A stretch of DNA of 46,085 nt from an uncultured Thermoplasmatales archaeon (GTDB lineage Archaea > Thermoplasmatota > E2 > DHVEG-1), in contig CAYMOC010000003.1 of NCBI GenBank assembly GCA_964391965.1, forward strand, positions 1-46,085. Direction: 5' to 3'. This document shows positions 1 through 9,536 of this stretch, piece after piece; within the stretch, counting starts at the first letter, position 1, and every line of letters begins with the position of its first letter. A program made the position numbers and the translations under genes. Under the pieces are notes generated by a model, which was given only the letters and a program-made list of their open reading frames with translations, made no database searches and had not been told where the DNA came from.

Positions 1-84
1 TATCAATTAATATAAAAAAAAAACACCTAATCCGGCAGGTAAAATCGGCGAATCATATTAGCATATGATTATTTATAATAATTA

Positions 85-2061
85 TTAATCTTTAGTAAAT
101 ATTTCTCTTAATGGAATATAATATACTAGTAATGCAATAAATAACCATAAGATTAATCCCGGTAGAACCGGCGGTATATTAAAAATAGTTATATTTAATC
201 CTGCAATTATAATAAATGCAACTATTACACCTGTTAGAGCTTCACCTGCTATAAGCCCTGCATTAAATAATAGTCCAGTTCGAATTATCTTTTCCTTAGG
301 TTTTATTTTAGTTTGTTTTATTGCAAGTTCCCATTCACTAATTTTATCGGTATCTTCACCATATTGTTTTTTGATTTTTTTATCAGTTAAATATCTTATA
401 ACACCGCCGATAAATATCGGAGTTCCAAGTGTGAATGGTAAATATATTCCAATTGCCACAGGTAATACTGGAATATCGATTAGAATCAAAACAAATGCCA
501 ATATCATACCTGCAAATACAAAAGGCCAGACCATTTCACCACCAAGTACTCCTCTTACGACACCAGCCATAAGAAAGGCTTGCGGTGCAGAAAGATCTGG
601 GCTTCCTATCGTGTACGCTCTATGCAGTGCTGATACAACAATAGCTAGAACTGGTGCTGCAGCTATTACACCTACAAGTTCTGCTAATTGTTGCTTTGAG
701 GGGGTTGCTCCTATGATTTGCCCTGCAGTCATCGATTGTAAAACATCTCCAGAAATCGCTGCGCAACATGCAATTACAGCAGCGATAAGAATTGCTATGC
801 CAAATGCTCCAATGTTTCCTGACATGCCAAATCCAAGCAAAATCAATGAGGTAATCAATAAGATTGAAACTGTAACTCCAGATGTAGGATTATTTGAAGA
901 GCCAACTAGACCTGCCATATACCCGGCTATAGCACTTGCAATAAATGCAAAAAGAATTGCAAATACGGCCATAATTCCTGATACTACCCAGTTTTCTGAA
1001 ATCCATGCATAAACTAAAAAAACAGGGATTGTTAATAATCCTATTGTTAAGAATACATATTTGAAGTTTAAATCTTGATCGGTTCTGTTTTTTGTAGAGT
1101 TTCCTCCACTTTTAATACCTAAAACAGCTTCTCGTATTCCATCAGCTAGATTATTTCTAAGTTTAAAAATTGTCCATAATCCACCGACAAGCATTGCTCC
1201 TACGCCAATATATCTAACATATTCCTCCCAAATAAAGAAAAAACCTTCAAGTGGATCCAAACCAGCTGGAATGCCTACCGCTAGAAGCATTAACGGTGTT
1301 ATTATCACCCATCCAATTAAACCACCGACCAAAACAAAAGAAGCGATTTTTGGACCAATAATCCATCCAACTCCAAGAAGCGCAGGAGATAGTGCAACAC
1401 CGCCATAAATAAAACCTTCGTTATTTCCTCCACCGATATTATATCTACCTATACTCATAATATGTTGGATTCTACCCTCTATAAATCGAAATCCAATTTG
1501 TCCGAATTTTAATAATGCCCCAAAAAGGGCTCCTATGCCTAGCCATTTTCCACTTAAATTTATTTTATCTTTTTTTGTAACTTTTCCATCGCCAACTGTT
1601 GTAGTAAGAACAGCTGCAACAGCAAGGCCTTCTGGAAATGGTAGATTAGTTTTAATTATCAAAGCACGACGAAGAGGGACCATCCATAGAACACCTAAAA
1701 AACCACCAAGTGCTGCTATAATAGTTGTTTCAACATATTGTATATCAGTCCATGCACCAATTAGTATCATGGCAGGTACTGTAAAAATAACACCTGCGGC
1801 AAGTGCTGTTCCTGCAGCAGCACCCATCATCCCAATGTTTACCTCTAAAATAGTTCCTTTAAAAGGTCTTAAAAGTGCAAAAGCCATTACTGCGCCAGGT
1901 ATCGCTGCAGAAACTGTCATTCCTGCATATAATCCAAAATATGCATTAGCAGAACCAAGAACAATCGCAAGTATTGCACCTATCAATACTGCTTTTAATG
2001 TAAATTCAGGAATACTCTCTTCGGAAGGTATAAATGATTTAAAATTTTCCCTATAAGACAT
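85..2061 (-). CDS. OPT-family oligopeptide transporter, paralog 1
   Basis: Long polytopic membrane ORF. Conserved blocks are shared with the neighbouring paralog (RENFKSFIP, ILEVNIGMMGAAAG, LPFPEG, SSNNPTSGVTV, ISGDVLQSM, LPVAIGIYLPFTL). I prefer the ATG at 2061 (MSYRENFK..) over the TTG at 2073 because it aligns with the paralog N-terminus MTDRENFK. Confidence 0.8.
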   Translation of the reverse strand: MSYRENFKSFIPSEESIPEFTLKAVLIGAILAIVLGSANAYFGLYAGMTVSAAIPGAVMAFALLRPFKGTILEVNIGMMGAAAGTALAAGVIFTVPAMILIGAWTDIQYVETTIIAALGGFLGVLWMVPLRRALIIKTNLPFPEGLAVAAVLTTTVGDGKVTKKDKINLSGKWLGIGALFGALLKFGQIGFRFIEGRIQHIMSIGRYNIGGGNNEGFIYGGVALSPALLGVGWIIGPKIASFVLVGGLIGWVIITPLMLLAVGIPAGLDPLEGFFFIWEEYVRYIGVGAMLVGGLWTIFKLRNNLADGIREAVLGIKSGGNSTKNRTDQDLNFKYVFLTIGLLTIPVFLVYAWISENWVVSGIMAVFAILFAFIASAIAGYMAGLVGSSNNPTSGVTVSILLITSLILLGFGMSGNIGAFGIAILIAAVIACCAAISGDVLQSMTAGQIIGATPSKQQLAELVGVIAAAPVLAIVVSALHRAYTIGSPDLSAPQAFLMAGVVRGVLGGEMVWPFVFAGMILAFVLILIDIPVLPVAIGIYLPFTLGTPIFIGGVIRYLTDKKIKKQYGEDTDKISEWELAIKQTKIKPKEKIIRTGLLFNAGLIAGEALTGVIVAFIIIAGLNITIFNIPPVLPGLILWLFIALLVYYIPLREIFTKD

Positions 2062-2128
2062 GAATGATACCAAGCATTATATTAATTTACAAATATATAA
2101 ATTAATCGTAAAAATTGGGTGTTAATGA

Positions 2129-2500
2129 TTAATTCTTTTTTATATAGTCTATATAGTTGAGTTTATGCATTTGATATAAAAAGAAAAATAGCCGTTCTTC
2201 TATTTTTTCTTCATCCGGAAATTCTTTTTTTAGTTTTTCATGTATTTCTTCTATCGTTGTTTTACCATCACAGTTTTCCCAAACAATTGTTCCTATTTTA
2301 TCCATTTTAGCATAAAAAGTAGGGTCTTTTCTTATAAATTTACAAAAAGATTTCCCGAAGTTTGATTTAAACTTCGGTACTTTTATCTCAACAAGTCCAT
2401 CTTCATTTTTTGACCATTCAAAATCATTTCTTTTTGGCCTATATTTAAGGAATTCTTCAATTGTTGGTTGTTTTTTTTGTTTTTTGTTTTTATTCAGCAA
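2129..2500 (-). CDS. PqqD-like (RiPP-recognition-element-like) small protein
   Basis: 123-aa ORF. The C-terminal half, GTIVWENCDGKTTIEEIHEKLKKEFPDEEKIEERLFFFLYQMHKLNYIDY, fits the PqqD-family pattern (iW..cDG..t..EI...l...f......fl..l....I). The TTG start overlaps the stop region of the upstream OPT gene. The N-terminus is lysine-rich. Confidence 0.5.
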   Translation of the reverse strand: MLNKNKKQKKQPTIEEFLKYRPKRNDFEWSKNEDGLVEIKVPKFKSNFGKSFCKFIRKDPTFYAKMDKIGTIVWENCDGKTTIEEIHEKLKKEFPDEEKIEERLFFFLYQMHKLNYIDYIKKN

Positions 2501-4523
2501 ACGTTTCCCTCAGTGGGATATATGCTAGAAGTACACCAATGAAGATAAATATCAATAATGCAGGTAGCAATGGTGGAAATGCCATGAGAGACAGGTTAAT
2601 ATTTGCTACAATTAGGAATGCAACTAATACACCCATCAATGCTTCTCCAGCGATTAATCCCGCAGTTAGAAGTAAACCAGTCCTTATAACTTTTTCTTTT
2701 GGTTTTACATCTTTCTTTTTAATCGCAAGATCCCATTCACTTATCTCTTCTTCTTCAGCAGAACCATATTTTTTCTTAAGATGTCTATTTGTTAAAGCCC
2801 TTATGATTCCACCGCCAAATATTGGTACCGCAAGAGTAAATGGTAGATATATTCCTATTGCAACAGGCAATACTGGAAGATCAGATAGTATCAAAATTAT
2901 TGCAAGTATCATTCCTGCAAAAACAAATGGCCATCCCATTCCTCCACCTAAAACACCTTCTACGATACCTGCCATTAAAAATGCTTGTGGTGCAGGTAGA
3001 CTTGGGCTACCAATCCTGTATGCTTGATCTAAAGCGGATACTATAAGAGCAAGTACTGGAGCAGCAGCAAGTACTCCTATCATTTCAGCTATTTGCTGTT
3101 TTCTTGGCGTTGCTCCTATCATACGACCACATGCCATACTCTGAAGTACATCTCCAGAGATTGCTGCGGCACAACAAATAACTGCAGCAATAAGTATAGC
3201 TACAGCAAATGCAGGTGGTCCACTTACACCGAATAGTAATAAAATTAAAGTAGTAACCAAAAGAACAGCTACAGTAACACCCGATATTGGATTATTAGAA
3301 CTCCCGAGTAACGCCGCCATATAACCTGCTATAGCTGAAGCAACAAATGCAAAAAGTACAGCAAAAATACCCATCACTATAGATACACCCCACATCTCAG
3401 AAATAAGACCATAAGTTATAACAATTGGAATAGAAAGTAAAGCAATCATAATAAAGACTTTTTTAAAATTTAAATCCTTTTCAGTTCTTATTCTTGTTTC
3501 AGTCTCACCGCCTTTTAAACCCAATATTGCTTCTTTTATCCCTTCAGATAAATTAGAACGTAAAGTAAATATTGTATATAGACCGCCTACTAGCATTGCT
3601 CCGACGCCAATATAACGGATGTAATCCGCCCATATTGTAAAGAAACCCCAAATTATTTTTCCAAGTTCTAAATTACCATTACCATATTGAAGAACTGTTT
3701 CATATATTTCAGGATTTGCAAGATTAGGGCTTGGAAGACCTGTTGCAAGAGCAATTAGTGGAGTTAGAATAACCCATCCTATGAGACCACCTACAAAAAC
3801 AAAAGATGCTATTTTTGGACCAATAATCCATCCAACACCTAAAAGCGCAGGTGATGTAGCTACACCACCATATACCACCGCTTCATTTTCATTTCCAAGA
3901 AGTGAATATCTGCCTAGAGATACAATTCCTTCTACTCTACTTGAAATAACATTAAATCCTTCTTGACATAATTTTAATAATCCAGCAATCGAAACACCGA
4001 AAAGAAGCCAAAGTCCGCCTTTTGATTTTTTATCCTTAGTTGCTTCTTCTCCGCCAACAGTTGATGTAAGAACAGCAGCAACTGCTATTCCCTCTGGAAA
4101 TGGCAGATCTGTTTTTGTAATAAGAGCACGTCTTAACGGCACCATCCATAGAACACCTAAGATACCACCAAGAAATGCAATGACCGTTGTCTCTACATAT
4201 TGTATATGCGTCCAAGCGTTAAGTATTACAAGAGCAGGAATAGTAAAAATAACTCCTGCAGCAAGAGCTTCACCGGCAGCAGCACCCATCATACCTATGT
4301 TAACTTCTAAAATATTTCCTTTAAATGGTCTTAAAAGTATATAAGCCATAACTGCACCAGGTATAACTGCTGAAACAGTCATACCCGCAAAAAGTCCAAG
4401 ATATGCATTTGCTGCTCCTAAAATAATTGCAAGTAATGCACCTATTAATACTGCTTTTATTGTTAATTCAGGTATAATTTTACCTGCAGGTATAAATGAT
4501 TTGAAATTTTCTCGATCAGTCAT
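2490..4523 (-). CDS. OPT-family oligopeptide transporter, paralog 2
   Basis: 677-aa polytopic membrane ORF that aligns over its full length with ORF 85..2061. It has the same OPT-type conserved blocks. Confidence 0.8.
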   Translation of the reverse strand: MTDRENFKSFIPAGKIIPELTIKAVLIGALLAIILGAANAYLGLFAGMTVSAVIPGAVMAYILLRPFKGNILEVNIGMMGAAAGEALAAGVIFTIPALVILNAWTHIQYVETTVIAFLGGILGVLWMVPLRRALITKTDLPFPEGIAVAAVLTSTVGGEEATKDKKSKGGLWLLFGVSIAGLLKLCQEGFNVISSRVEGIVSLGRYSLLGNENEAVVYGGVATSPALLGVGWIIGPKIASFVFVGGLIGWVILTPLIALATGLPSPNLANPEIYETVLQYGNGNLELGKIIWGFFTIWADYIRYIGVGAMLVGGLYTIFTLRSNLSEGIKEAILGLKGGETETRIRTEKDLNFKKVFIMIALLSIPIVITYGLISEMWGVSIVMGIFAVLFAFVASAIAGYMAALLGSSNNPISGVTVAVLLVTTLILLLFGVSGPPAFAVAILIAAVICCAAAISGDVLQSMACGRMIGATPRKQQIAEMIGVLAAAPVLALIVSALDQAYRIGSPSLPAPQAFLMAGIVEGVLGGGMGWPFVFAGMILAIILILSDLPVLPVAIGIYLPFTLAVPIFGGGIIRALTNRHLKKKYGSAEEEEISEWDLAIKKKDVKPKEKVIRTGLLLTAGLIAGEALMGVLVAFLIVANINLSLMAFPPLLPALLIFIFIGVLLAYIPLRETFAE

Positions 4524-4720
4524 AGAATATTACCAATACTATTAATATATTTCATTATTTATAAAACCATCGATTTAAAGTATATATAGGTCGTAGTTTT
4601 GGGAGATTTCCAAGATATTATAATCTATTAATTATATAATTAATATGTTTCAAATAAATAATAGAATATGATATTTTATATTATAAAAAAAAGAAAATTA
4701 GTGTTTTTCACATGGTTCTT

Positions 4721-5968
4721 TTAGAATCCAATCGCAAAACGCAAAATTCCAGCGATTCCATCAAAAGCAGAATAAAGCGATTCTCCTTCCTCACTACCTC
4801 TAGAAATTAGCTCAACTTCAGCACCAGTATTATCTGCTAAATCAGATAAGTCATCAATCAAATCTACTTTTTTTTCTATTTCCATCTGCATTTGACTATC
4901 ACATTCAGTACATTCGGGCGGCTCAAAATCTTCAAGTTCTTCTTCTTTGAATGTTTTCTCTATTTTAAAGTCACAACTCGGACATTTCAATGTCACTCGA
5001 TAACGTCTAAGATCTTCAGATAAAAGAATAGTATCAACAGCACCCATTTGAAGTGCTTTCCTTATATGATCCTCCCCGTAAACAGATAAACCTTTTTCTC
5101 TTTTAGTGATCTCCCGGAGGAATTTTTTCATCAACTTTTTTTCTTTAGAAACTTTAAGATCGGAACGTGTTTGAGATGCAGCATCTACAAGTTCCCGGAG
5201 ACCATACTCATCTGTATAACCTGTATCAAAGGTGTCAACAATTTTTTGTTGTATCTCATAATGCAGGTATTCTTCATCAACGAAATATTTTTTTGTAGGA
5301 CCTGGACCACCAACAAATATTCCTTGAAGATTATCCTCCCCTCTTAGTATCTCACTAGCTTTTTCTCCACATTTTTTAAACCATTCATGCGCAGCAATCT
5401 CAGTAAGTCTTTCAAAACGCTGCTGAGATTGACCACCTTTACCATGCTTACCAGGAACCTGAGAAGTCATATATTTTAAAAGCTCAACCCGGTTACCACG
5501 CAACATTCCAACTGTGCATTCACGACGATCAATCAGAAGAAGACCATAGATTTCTTTTTCCACAAGCATATCATCAAGTGGCTCAGTAAAAAACTGTGAA
5601 TCACATCTATATAGAAATGTTTGAATAGGCATAGGTGGTTCTATCACATGCGCAACCATTTCTGTTTGATCTGCACCAACGCTTTTGTGTCCAACAAAAA
5701 ATACCACACCATTTTCAGGTAGTTTTTTAAATGATTTAAGCCGGCTAAGAATTGATTCTATTGCTGATAAAACATTTTTACGTGTTTGTTTAGATTTAAT
5801 ATTTTGAGATTCAGAAAGTTCGTTTCTAAGATATGCAGAAACATCAGAGATTTGTTTACTAGGAGGAACATACAAGCTAATAAGTTCTGTATGTCTTCCT
5901 TTAGCTTCTTTAAGTTCCTCTATCTGTCTTTTCAGAAGATATTCCTGTCTTTTGTTTAAATCATCCAT
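4721..5968 (-). CDS. prf1: Peptide chain release factor aRF1
   Basis: NIKS motif (SQNIKSKQTRKN) and GGQ motif (HGKGGQSQQRFERL). The length is typical for aRF1. The C-domain carries a CxxC...CxxC insertion (CPSCDF...ECTECD). Confidence 0.9.
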   Translation of the reverse strand: MDDLNKRQEYLLKRQIEELKEAKGRHTELISLYVPPSKQISDVSAYLRNELSESQNIKSKQTRKNVLSAIESILSRLKSFKKLPENGVVFFVGHKSVGADQTEMVAHVIEPPMPIQTFLYRCDSQFFTEPLDDMLVEKEIYGLLLIDRRECTVGMLRGNRVELLKYMTSQVPGKHGKGGQSQQRFERLTEIAAHEWFKKCGEKASEILRGEDNLQGIFVGGPGPTKKYFVDEEYLHYEIQQKIVDTFDTGYTDEYGLRELVDAASQTRSDLKVSKEKKLMKKFLREITKREKGLSVYGEDHIRKALQMGAVDTILLSEDLRRYRVTLKCPSCDFKIEKTFKEEELEDFEPPECTECDSQMQMEIEKKVDLIDDLSDLADNTGAEVELISRGSEEGESLYSAFDGIAGILRFAIGF

Positions 5969-6032
5969 AGTCCTTTTTTCCTTTTCTCAATTAACAAATT
6001 TTTTTAAAAATTATTCTAAAATAAATTAAAAG

Positions 6033-7280
6033 TTAAATGTTTATTGTTTCGCCCTTATTTGGAGTATAAACTTCAGCGATTTCACTTAACGGCTCCTTTA
6101 GTAGTTCTCGATGATCACTATGCATTAAAACTATTTTTTCAGGGTTACAGTTTTTTGCAAAATGAATAAGTTCACTGTGACCGGCGTGTGCTGAGAAATC
6201 ATAGTATTGTACTTCGCATTCAACTTTTTCACGCACCCCATAAAAATCTAGTAGTTTTTTGTCCACAAGAAGTCTGCTGTTGGTTTCCTCTACCTGGTAA
6301 CCTGTAAGGATAACAGCGTTTTTTGGATCATCTTTTAATTGTTTCATATAACTTAGAATAGGACCTCCGTCCATCATCCCACTAGATGTTACAATTACAT
6401 CTGCATTAAGAGCTAGTTTTCTACCATGATTAGAATAAACAAGATTTACCTTATTCATTGCTTTACGAAGTTCACTTGGGTTTCTTAGAAATTTTGGATG
6501 TTTTAAAAAGATTTTAGAGACTTTTTTTCCCATTCCATCAAACCAAATATCTAACCCTGCCTTGCGTAGAATCATCAAAAGTTCTTGTGAACGTGAAACA
6601 GAAAAAGCTGGAAGTACTGCGATACCACCACGGCGGTTTACTTCATCTATTTTATCAAGCAGTTCTTTTTCTAGTTCTTTTCTTTTTTGAGGATGATCAC
6701 GTCCAGCATAAGTACCTTCAAGAACTAATAAATCACAGTCAACTGGTTTTGCCCCCTTTACAAGATGAGTGTTCTGTACATTTATATCACCAGTGAAGAC
6801 AATGTTTCTATCTCCTTTTAACTCAAACATTAGGCTTCCAGGTATGTGACCCGCATCATGAAATTTTACATCATAACTTTCTGTTAGATTTCTTTTTTGA
6901 TTAGGTTTAACATAATCAAAGCTGTTTCTAGCGTTTTTTATATCTGCTCTTCTAAAAGGTATAGCAAAACCTTCTTGTTTAGCAATTTTAATTGAATCTT
7001 CATGTAATAAATTGCTGATTTCAGCGGTCAATTCTGTTGAAAGAATTGTTTGATCATATGACGAAAAAAGCCAAGGAATCATACCAGAATGATCAAGATG
7101 TGCATGTGTTAGAAAAACCATGTCTACTTCTGGTGCTGGAAGAGGATAAGTTGGCGGATCCCCTGGTGTCATACCATATTCAAAGAGAAAACGATTGTCA
7201 TCTTCTGTTTCTAGAACCATAGATAGACTACCTACTTCTTCTGCTCCACCGAGAAACTGTATTTTTAAACCGTTATTCAT
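6033..7280 (-). CDS. Metallo-beta-lactamase / beta-CASP family RNA-processing nuclease (aCPSF2-like, no KH domains)
   Basis: HxHxDH motif (THAHLDHSG), followed by downstream DAGH, GDIN and FSAHAGHSEL blocks typical of beta-CASP enzymes. 415 aa. Confidence 0.75.
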   Translation of the reverse strand: MNNGLKIQFLGGAEEVGSLSMVLETEDDNRFLFEYGMTPGDPPTYPLPAPEVDMVFLTHAHLDHSGMIPWLFSSYDQTILSTELTAEISNLLHEDSIKIAKQEGFAIPFRRADIKNARNSFDYVKPNQKRNLTESYDVKFHDAGHIPGSLMFELKGDRNIVFTGDINVQNTHLVKGAKPVDCDLLVLEGTYAGRDHPQKRKELEKELLDKIDEVNRRGGIAVLPAFSVSRSQELLMILRKAGLDIWFDGMGKKVSKIFLKHPKFLRNPSELRKAMNKVNLVYSNHGRKLALNADVIVTSSGMMDGGPILSYMKQLKDDPKNAVILTGYQVEETNSRLLVDKKLLDFYGVREKVECEVQYYDFSAHAGHSELIHFAKNCNPEKIVLMHSDHRELLKEPLSEIAEVYTPNKGETINI

Positions 7281-7547
7281 TTGTTATCAAACCGTGAGAA
7301 AATAAGAAGGGGTTGATAATACTTTGGACTCACTTTTTTTCTTCCAAAGGTTTCACATGTAACGTTGATCCTTCTTTTTTAGTTATTACAACTTTATCAT
7401 TCTTATTAATTTTGTTATCTGATTTTGCCGTTCTGGTGCGTAGAGTAGTGGTATATTAGATATGGTTTAAATCAGATTTTAAGTGCAAAGCCTTTTTTTA
7501 TGTCATAAAAAATTATTTCTTAAGTTGACAACCACAAAAAATTGTTG

Positions 7548-7608
7548 GAAAGGTTTAAATAAAACTTTTTTTATCATGTTTAAAAATGTATCGAAAGGTT
7601 TAATATAT
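7548..7608 (+). promoter_or_regulatory. Two tandem BRE/TATA-like boxes upstream of tfb
   Basis: GAAAGGTTTAAATAA (7548-7562) and CGAAAGGTTTAATATAT (7592-7608) are near-identical copies 44 nt apart. A GGAGG box lies at 7613-7617 and the ATG at 7629. Confidence 0.35.
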
Positions 7609-7628
7609 TTTTGGAGGAAATTGTTTAA

Positions 7629-8582
7629 ATGGTTAAATCTAAATCTAAAGATAAAAATGAAAAAAGAGAGATTGAACAAATAACACGTTGTCCAAGTTGT
7701 GGTAGCACTCATCTTTCTAAGGATTATTCTCGAGCGGAGTTGGTTTGTGAGGATTGTGGCCTGGTTATCGATGAAAATTTTATAGATCAAGGACCTGAGT
7801 GGCGTGCTTTTGATAGTGAACAGCGGGAGAAACGTGCTCGTGTTGGAGCGCCTATGACATATACTATTCATGATAAGGGTTTGAGTACTGTTATTGGCTG
7901 GAAAAACCGTGATAGTTACGGTAAAAGTATTCCTACTCGTAACCGTGCGCAGCTTTATCGTCTTCGTAAATGGCAGCGCAGGATTAGAATAAGTGATGCA
8001 ACAGAGCGTAATCTAGCATTTGCATTGTCTGAACTTGATCGTATGGCTTCAGGTATGGGCCTTCCACGTAATGTTCGTGAGACTGCTGCTATGATATATC
8101 GAAAAGCTGTTTTGAAAAATTTGATTCGTGGACGTAGCATTGAAGGAGTTTCAGCAGCAGCTCTTTATGCGGCATGTCGTCAGTGTAATGTCCCTCGTAC
8201 TCTTGATGAGATAGCTGATGCTTCACGTGTTTCTCGTAAAGAAATAGGTAGAACATACAGGTTTATAGCTCGTGAGTTGAGTCTTAAACTTATGCCCACT
8301 TCACCTCAGGATTACATAAGTCGTTTCTGTAGTATGCTTGATCTTAGTGGTGACGTGCAAAGTAAAGCTATAGAGATCCTTAAAGATGCAGCTGATAAGG
8401 AGCTTACTAGTGGTCGTGGTCCAACTGGTGTTGCAGCCGCAGCGATTTATATTGCATCAATATTGTGCGGTGAACGTCGTACACAACGTGAAGTTGCTGA
8501 TGTTGCTGGTGTTACAGAGGTTACGATTCGTAATCGTTACAAGGAACTTGCTGAACGTTTGGATATAGATATTATTCTATAA
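7629..8582 (+). CDS. tfb: Transcription initiation factor TFB
   Basis: N-terminal Zn ribbon (CPSCGS...CEDCG), a B-reader/linker region, and two cyclin-like repeats (e.g. [15 protein letters not shown] and [15 protein letters not shown]). 317 aa. Confidence 0.92.
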   Translation: MVKSKSKDKNEKREIEQITRCPSCGSTHLSKDYSRAELVCEDCGLVIDENFIDQGPEWRAFDSEQREKRARVGAPMTYTIHDKGLSTVIGWKNRDSYGKSIPTRNRAQLYRLRKWQRRIRISDATERNLAFALSELDRMASGMGLPRNVRETAAMIYRKAVLKNLIRGRSIEGVSAAALYAACRQCNVPRTLDEIADASRVSRKEIGRTYRFIARELSLKLMPTSPQDYISRFCSMLDLSGDVQSKAIEILKDAADKELTSGRGPTGVAAAAIYIASILCGERRTQREVADVAGVTEVTIRNRYKELAERLDIDIIL

Positions 8583-8608
8583 AATCCTAAAATTTTTTTC
8601 TTTTTTTT

Positions 8609-9211
8609 ATGACTCGCTGGTACAAAGATAAAAAACGTGAACATTTTTATAAGAAAGCTAAAAACCAGGGTTATCGAGCTCGTTCTGCATATAAACTTAA
8701 ACAGATACAGAAGAAGTTTCATATCATAAAAAAAGGCGATAAAGTCGTTGATCTTGGTGCTGCTCCGGGTGGCTGGAGTCAAGTTGCAAAAGAAATTGTT
8801 GGTGATAATGGTTTAGTTGTCGGGATTGATTTGTCTTATATTAAACCTCTTGAGGATGTTGTTTTTTTGAAGGGTGATATGACGGAGAAGGATTCTTTGG
8901 GTAGAGTTGTTGAGGTTGTTGGTGATTCCAAGGTTGATGTAGTTCTTTCTGATATGTCGCCGGATATTACTGGTAATTATAGTATGGACCAGGCTCGTAG
9001 TGTTTATCTTTGTGAAAAAGCTCTTGATGCCTCAAAGGTTATTTTGAAAGATGGTGGTTTTTTTGTGTGTAAAATTTTTGAGGGTGAGGATTTAAAAAGT
9101 TTTGTAATAAAAGTTAAAAGTTGTTTTAGTATTGTTAGACGTTTTAATCCTCCGGCATCTCGTAAGAGTAGTAGTGAAGTATATATTGTTGCTAAGGGTT
9201 TTCAGAGTTAG
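8609..9211 (+). CDS. rlmE: 23S rRNA 2'-O-ribose methyltransferase RlmE/FtsJ family
   Basis: GYRARSAYKLKQI and VVDLGAAPGGWSQVA SAM-binding motif, DVVLSDMSP, VCKIFEGE. 200 aa. Confidence 0.85.
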   Translation: MTRWYKDKKREHFYKKAKNQGYRARSAYKLKQIQKKFHIIKKGDKVVDLGAAPGGWSQVAKEIVGDNGLVVGIDLSYIKPLEDVVFLKGDMTEKDSLGRVVEVVGDSKVDVVLSDMSPDITGNYSMDQARSVYLCEKALDASKVILKDGGFFVCKIFEGEDLKSFVIKVKSCFSIVRRFNPPASRKSSSEVYIVAKGFQS

Positions 9212-9536
9212 ATTTAGAGAAGAAACACTTATTAATTAACAGGTGTTAACTAAATGGTGGTTTGTCAATTCAAAAAAATTAACCATATAATGACAAACAT
9301 TCGCGTTATTTAAATACTATGAATTCTTATAATAAAGAAAAAGTAAATTTTAAAAAAATGGGGAGTAAAAAATAGAAAATAACAAATCATTCCAAAAAAA
9401 ATTAAATAATTGTACATAATATATTTATAGTAAATTATAGTTGACAAATATAAAAAAAACAAAATAAAGAAAAGGGCATTGTAGCTAAGAAGAGAGAGGT
9501 TACGAATATGCCTAATTAACCGGAGCGATATAGGTT

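Noticed and set aside
371-3966. Long plus-strand ORFs (371-1012, 1535-2056, 2461-3027, 2840-3046, 3781-3966) inside the OPT genes.
   Set aside because: They are antisense to two strongly conserved paralogous permease genes. Their products are low-complexity (Pro/Ala/Ile/Thr-rich mirror images of TM segments) and have no start context.
7330-7446. Minus-strand open frame ...TRTAKSDNKINKNDKVVITKKEGSTLHVKPLEEKK* just upstream of the beta-CASP gene.
   Set aside because: There is no ATG, GTG or TTG between the preceding in-frame stop and the end of the frame. It could be a gene remnant, but I cannot support it as a CDS.
7437-7497. A tRNA-like D-loop string (TAGAGTAGTGGTA) followed by a T-run, which raised the possibility of a tRNA or tRNA half.
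   Set aside because: I could not build an acceptor stem, anticodon stem or T-arm (no GTTC-type T-loop). It is most likely a chance resemblance.
7483-7871. ORFs 7483-7683 (+) and 7503-7871 (-) around the tfb promoter and 5-prime end.
   Set aside because: They overlap the promoter boxes and the well-supported tfb gene. Their products are low-complexity with no motifs.
8537-8782. Minus-strand ORF spanning the tfb/rlmE junction, together with similar short antisense ORFs elsewhere (e.g. 12081-12263, 13359-13662, 16444-16794, 25385-25618, 28180-28548, 31541-31954, 38703-38966, 40350-40680).
   Set aside because: All of them lie antisense to, or out of frame within, genes that have clear family motifs. 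None has a motif of its own.
9212-9536. A 325-nt AT-rich intergenic region with an 8-bp inverted repeat GTTTGTCA/TGACAAAC (9260-9298) and a third TGACAAA at 9442. I considered it as a replication origin because the composition changes here.
   Set aside because: No orc1/cdc6 gene is adjacent and there are no longer ORB-like repeats. The motif is short enough to arise by chance in AT-rich DNA. The composition change follows gene boundaries rather than a strand switch.
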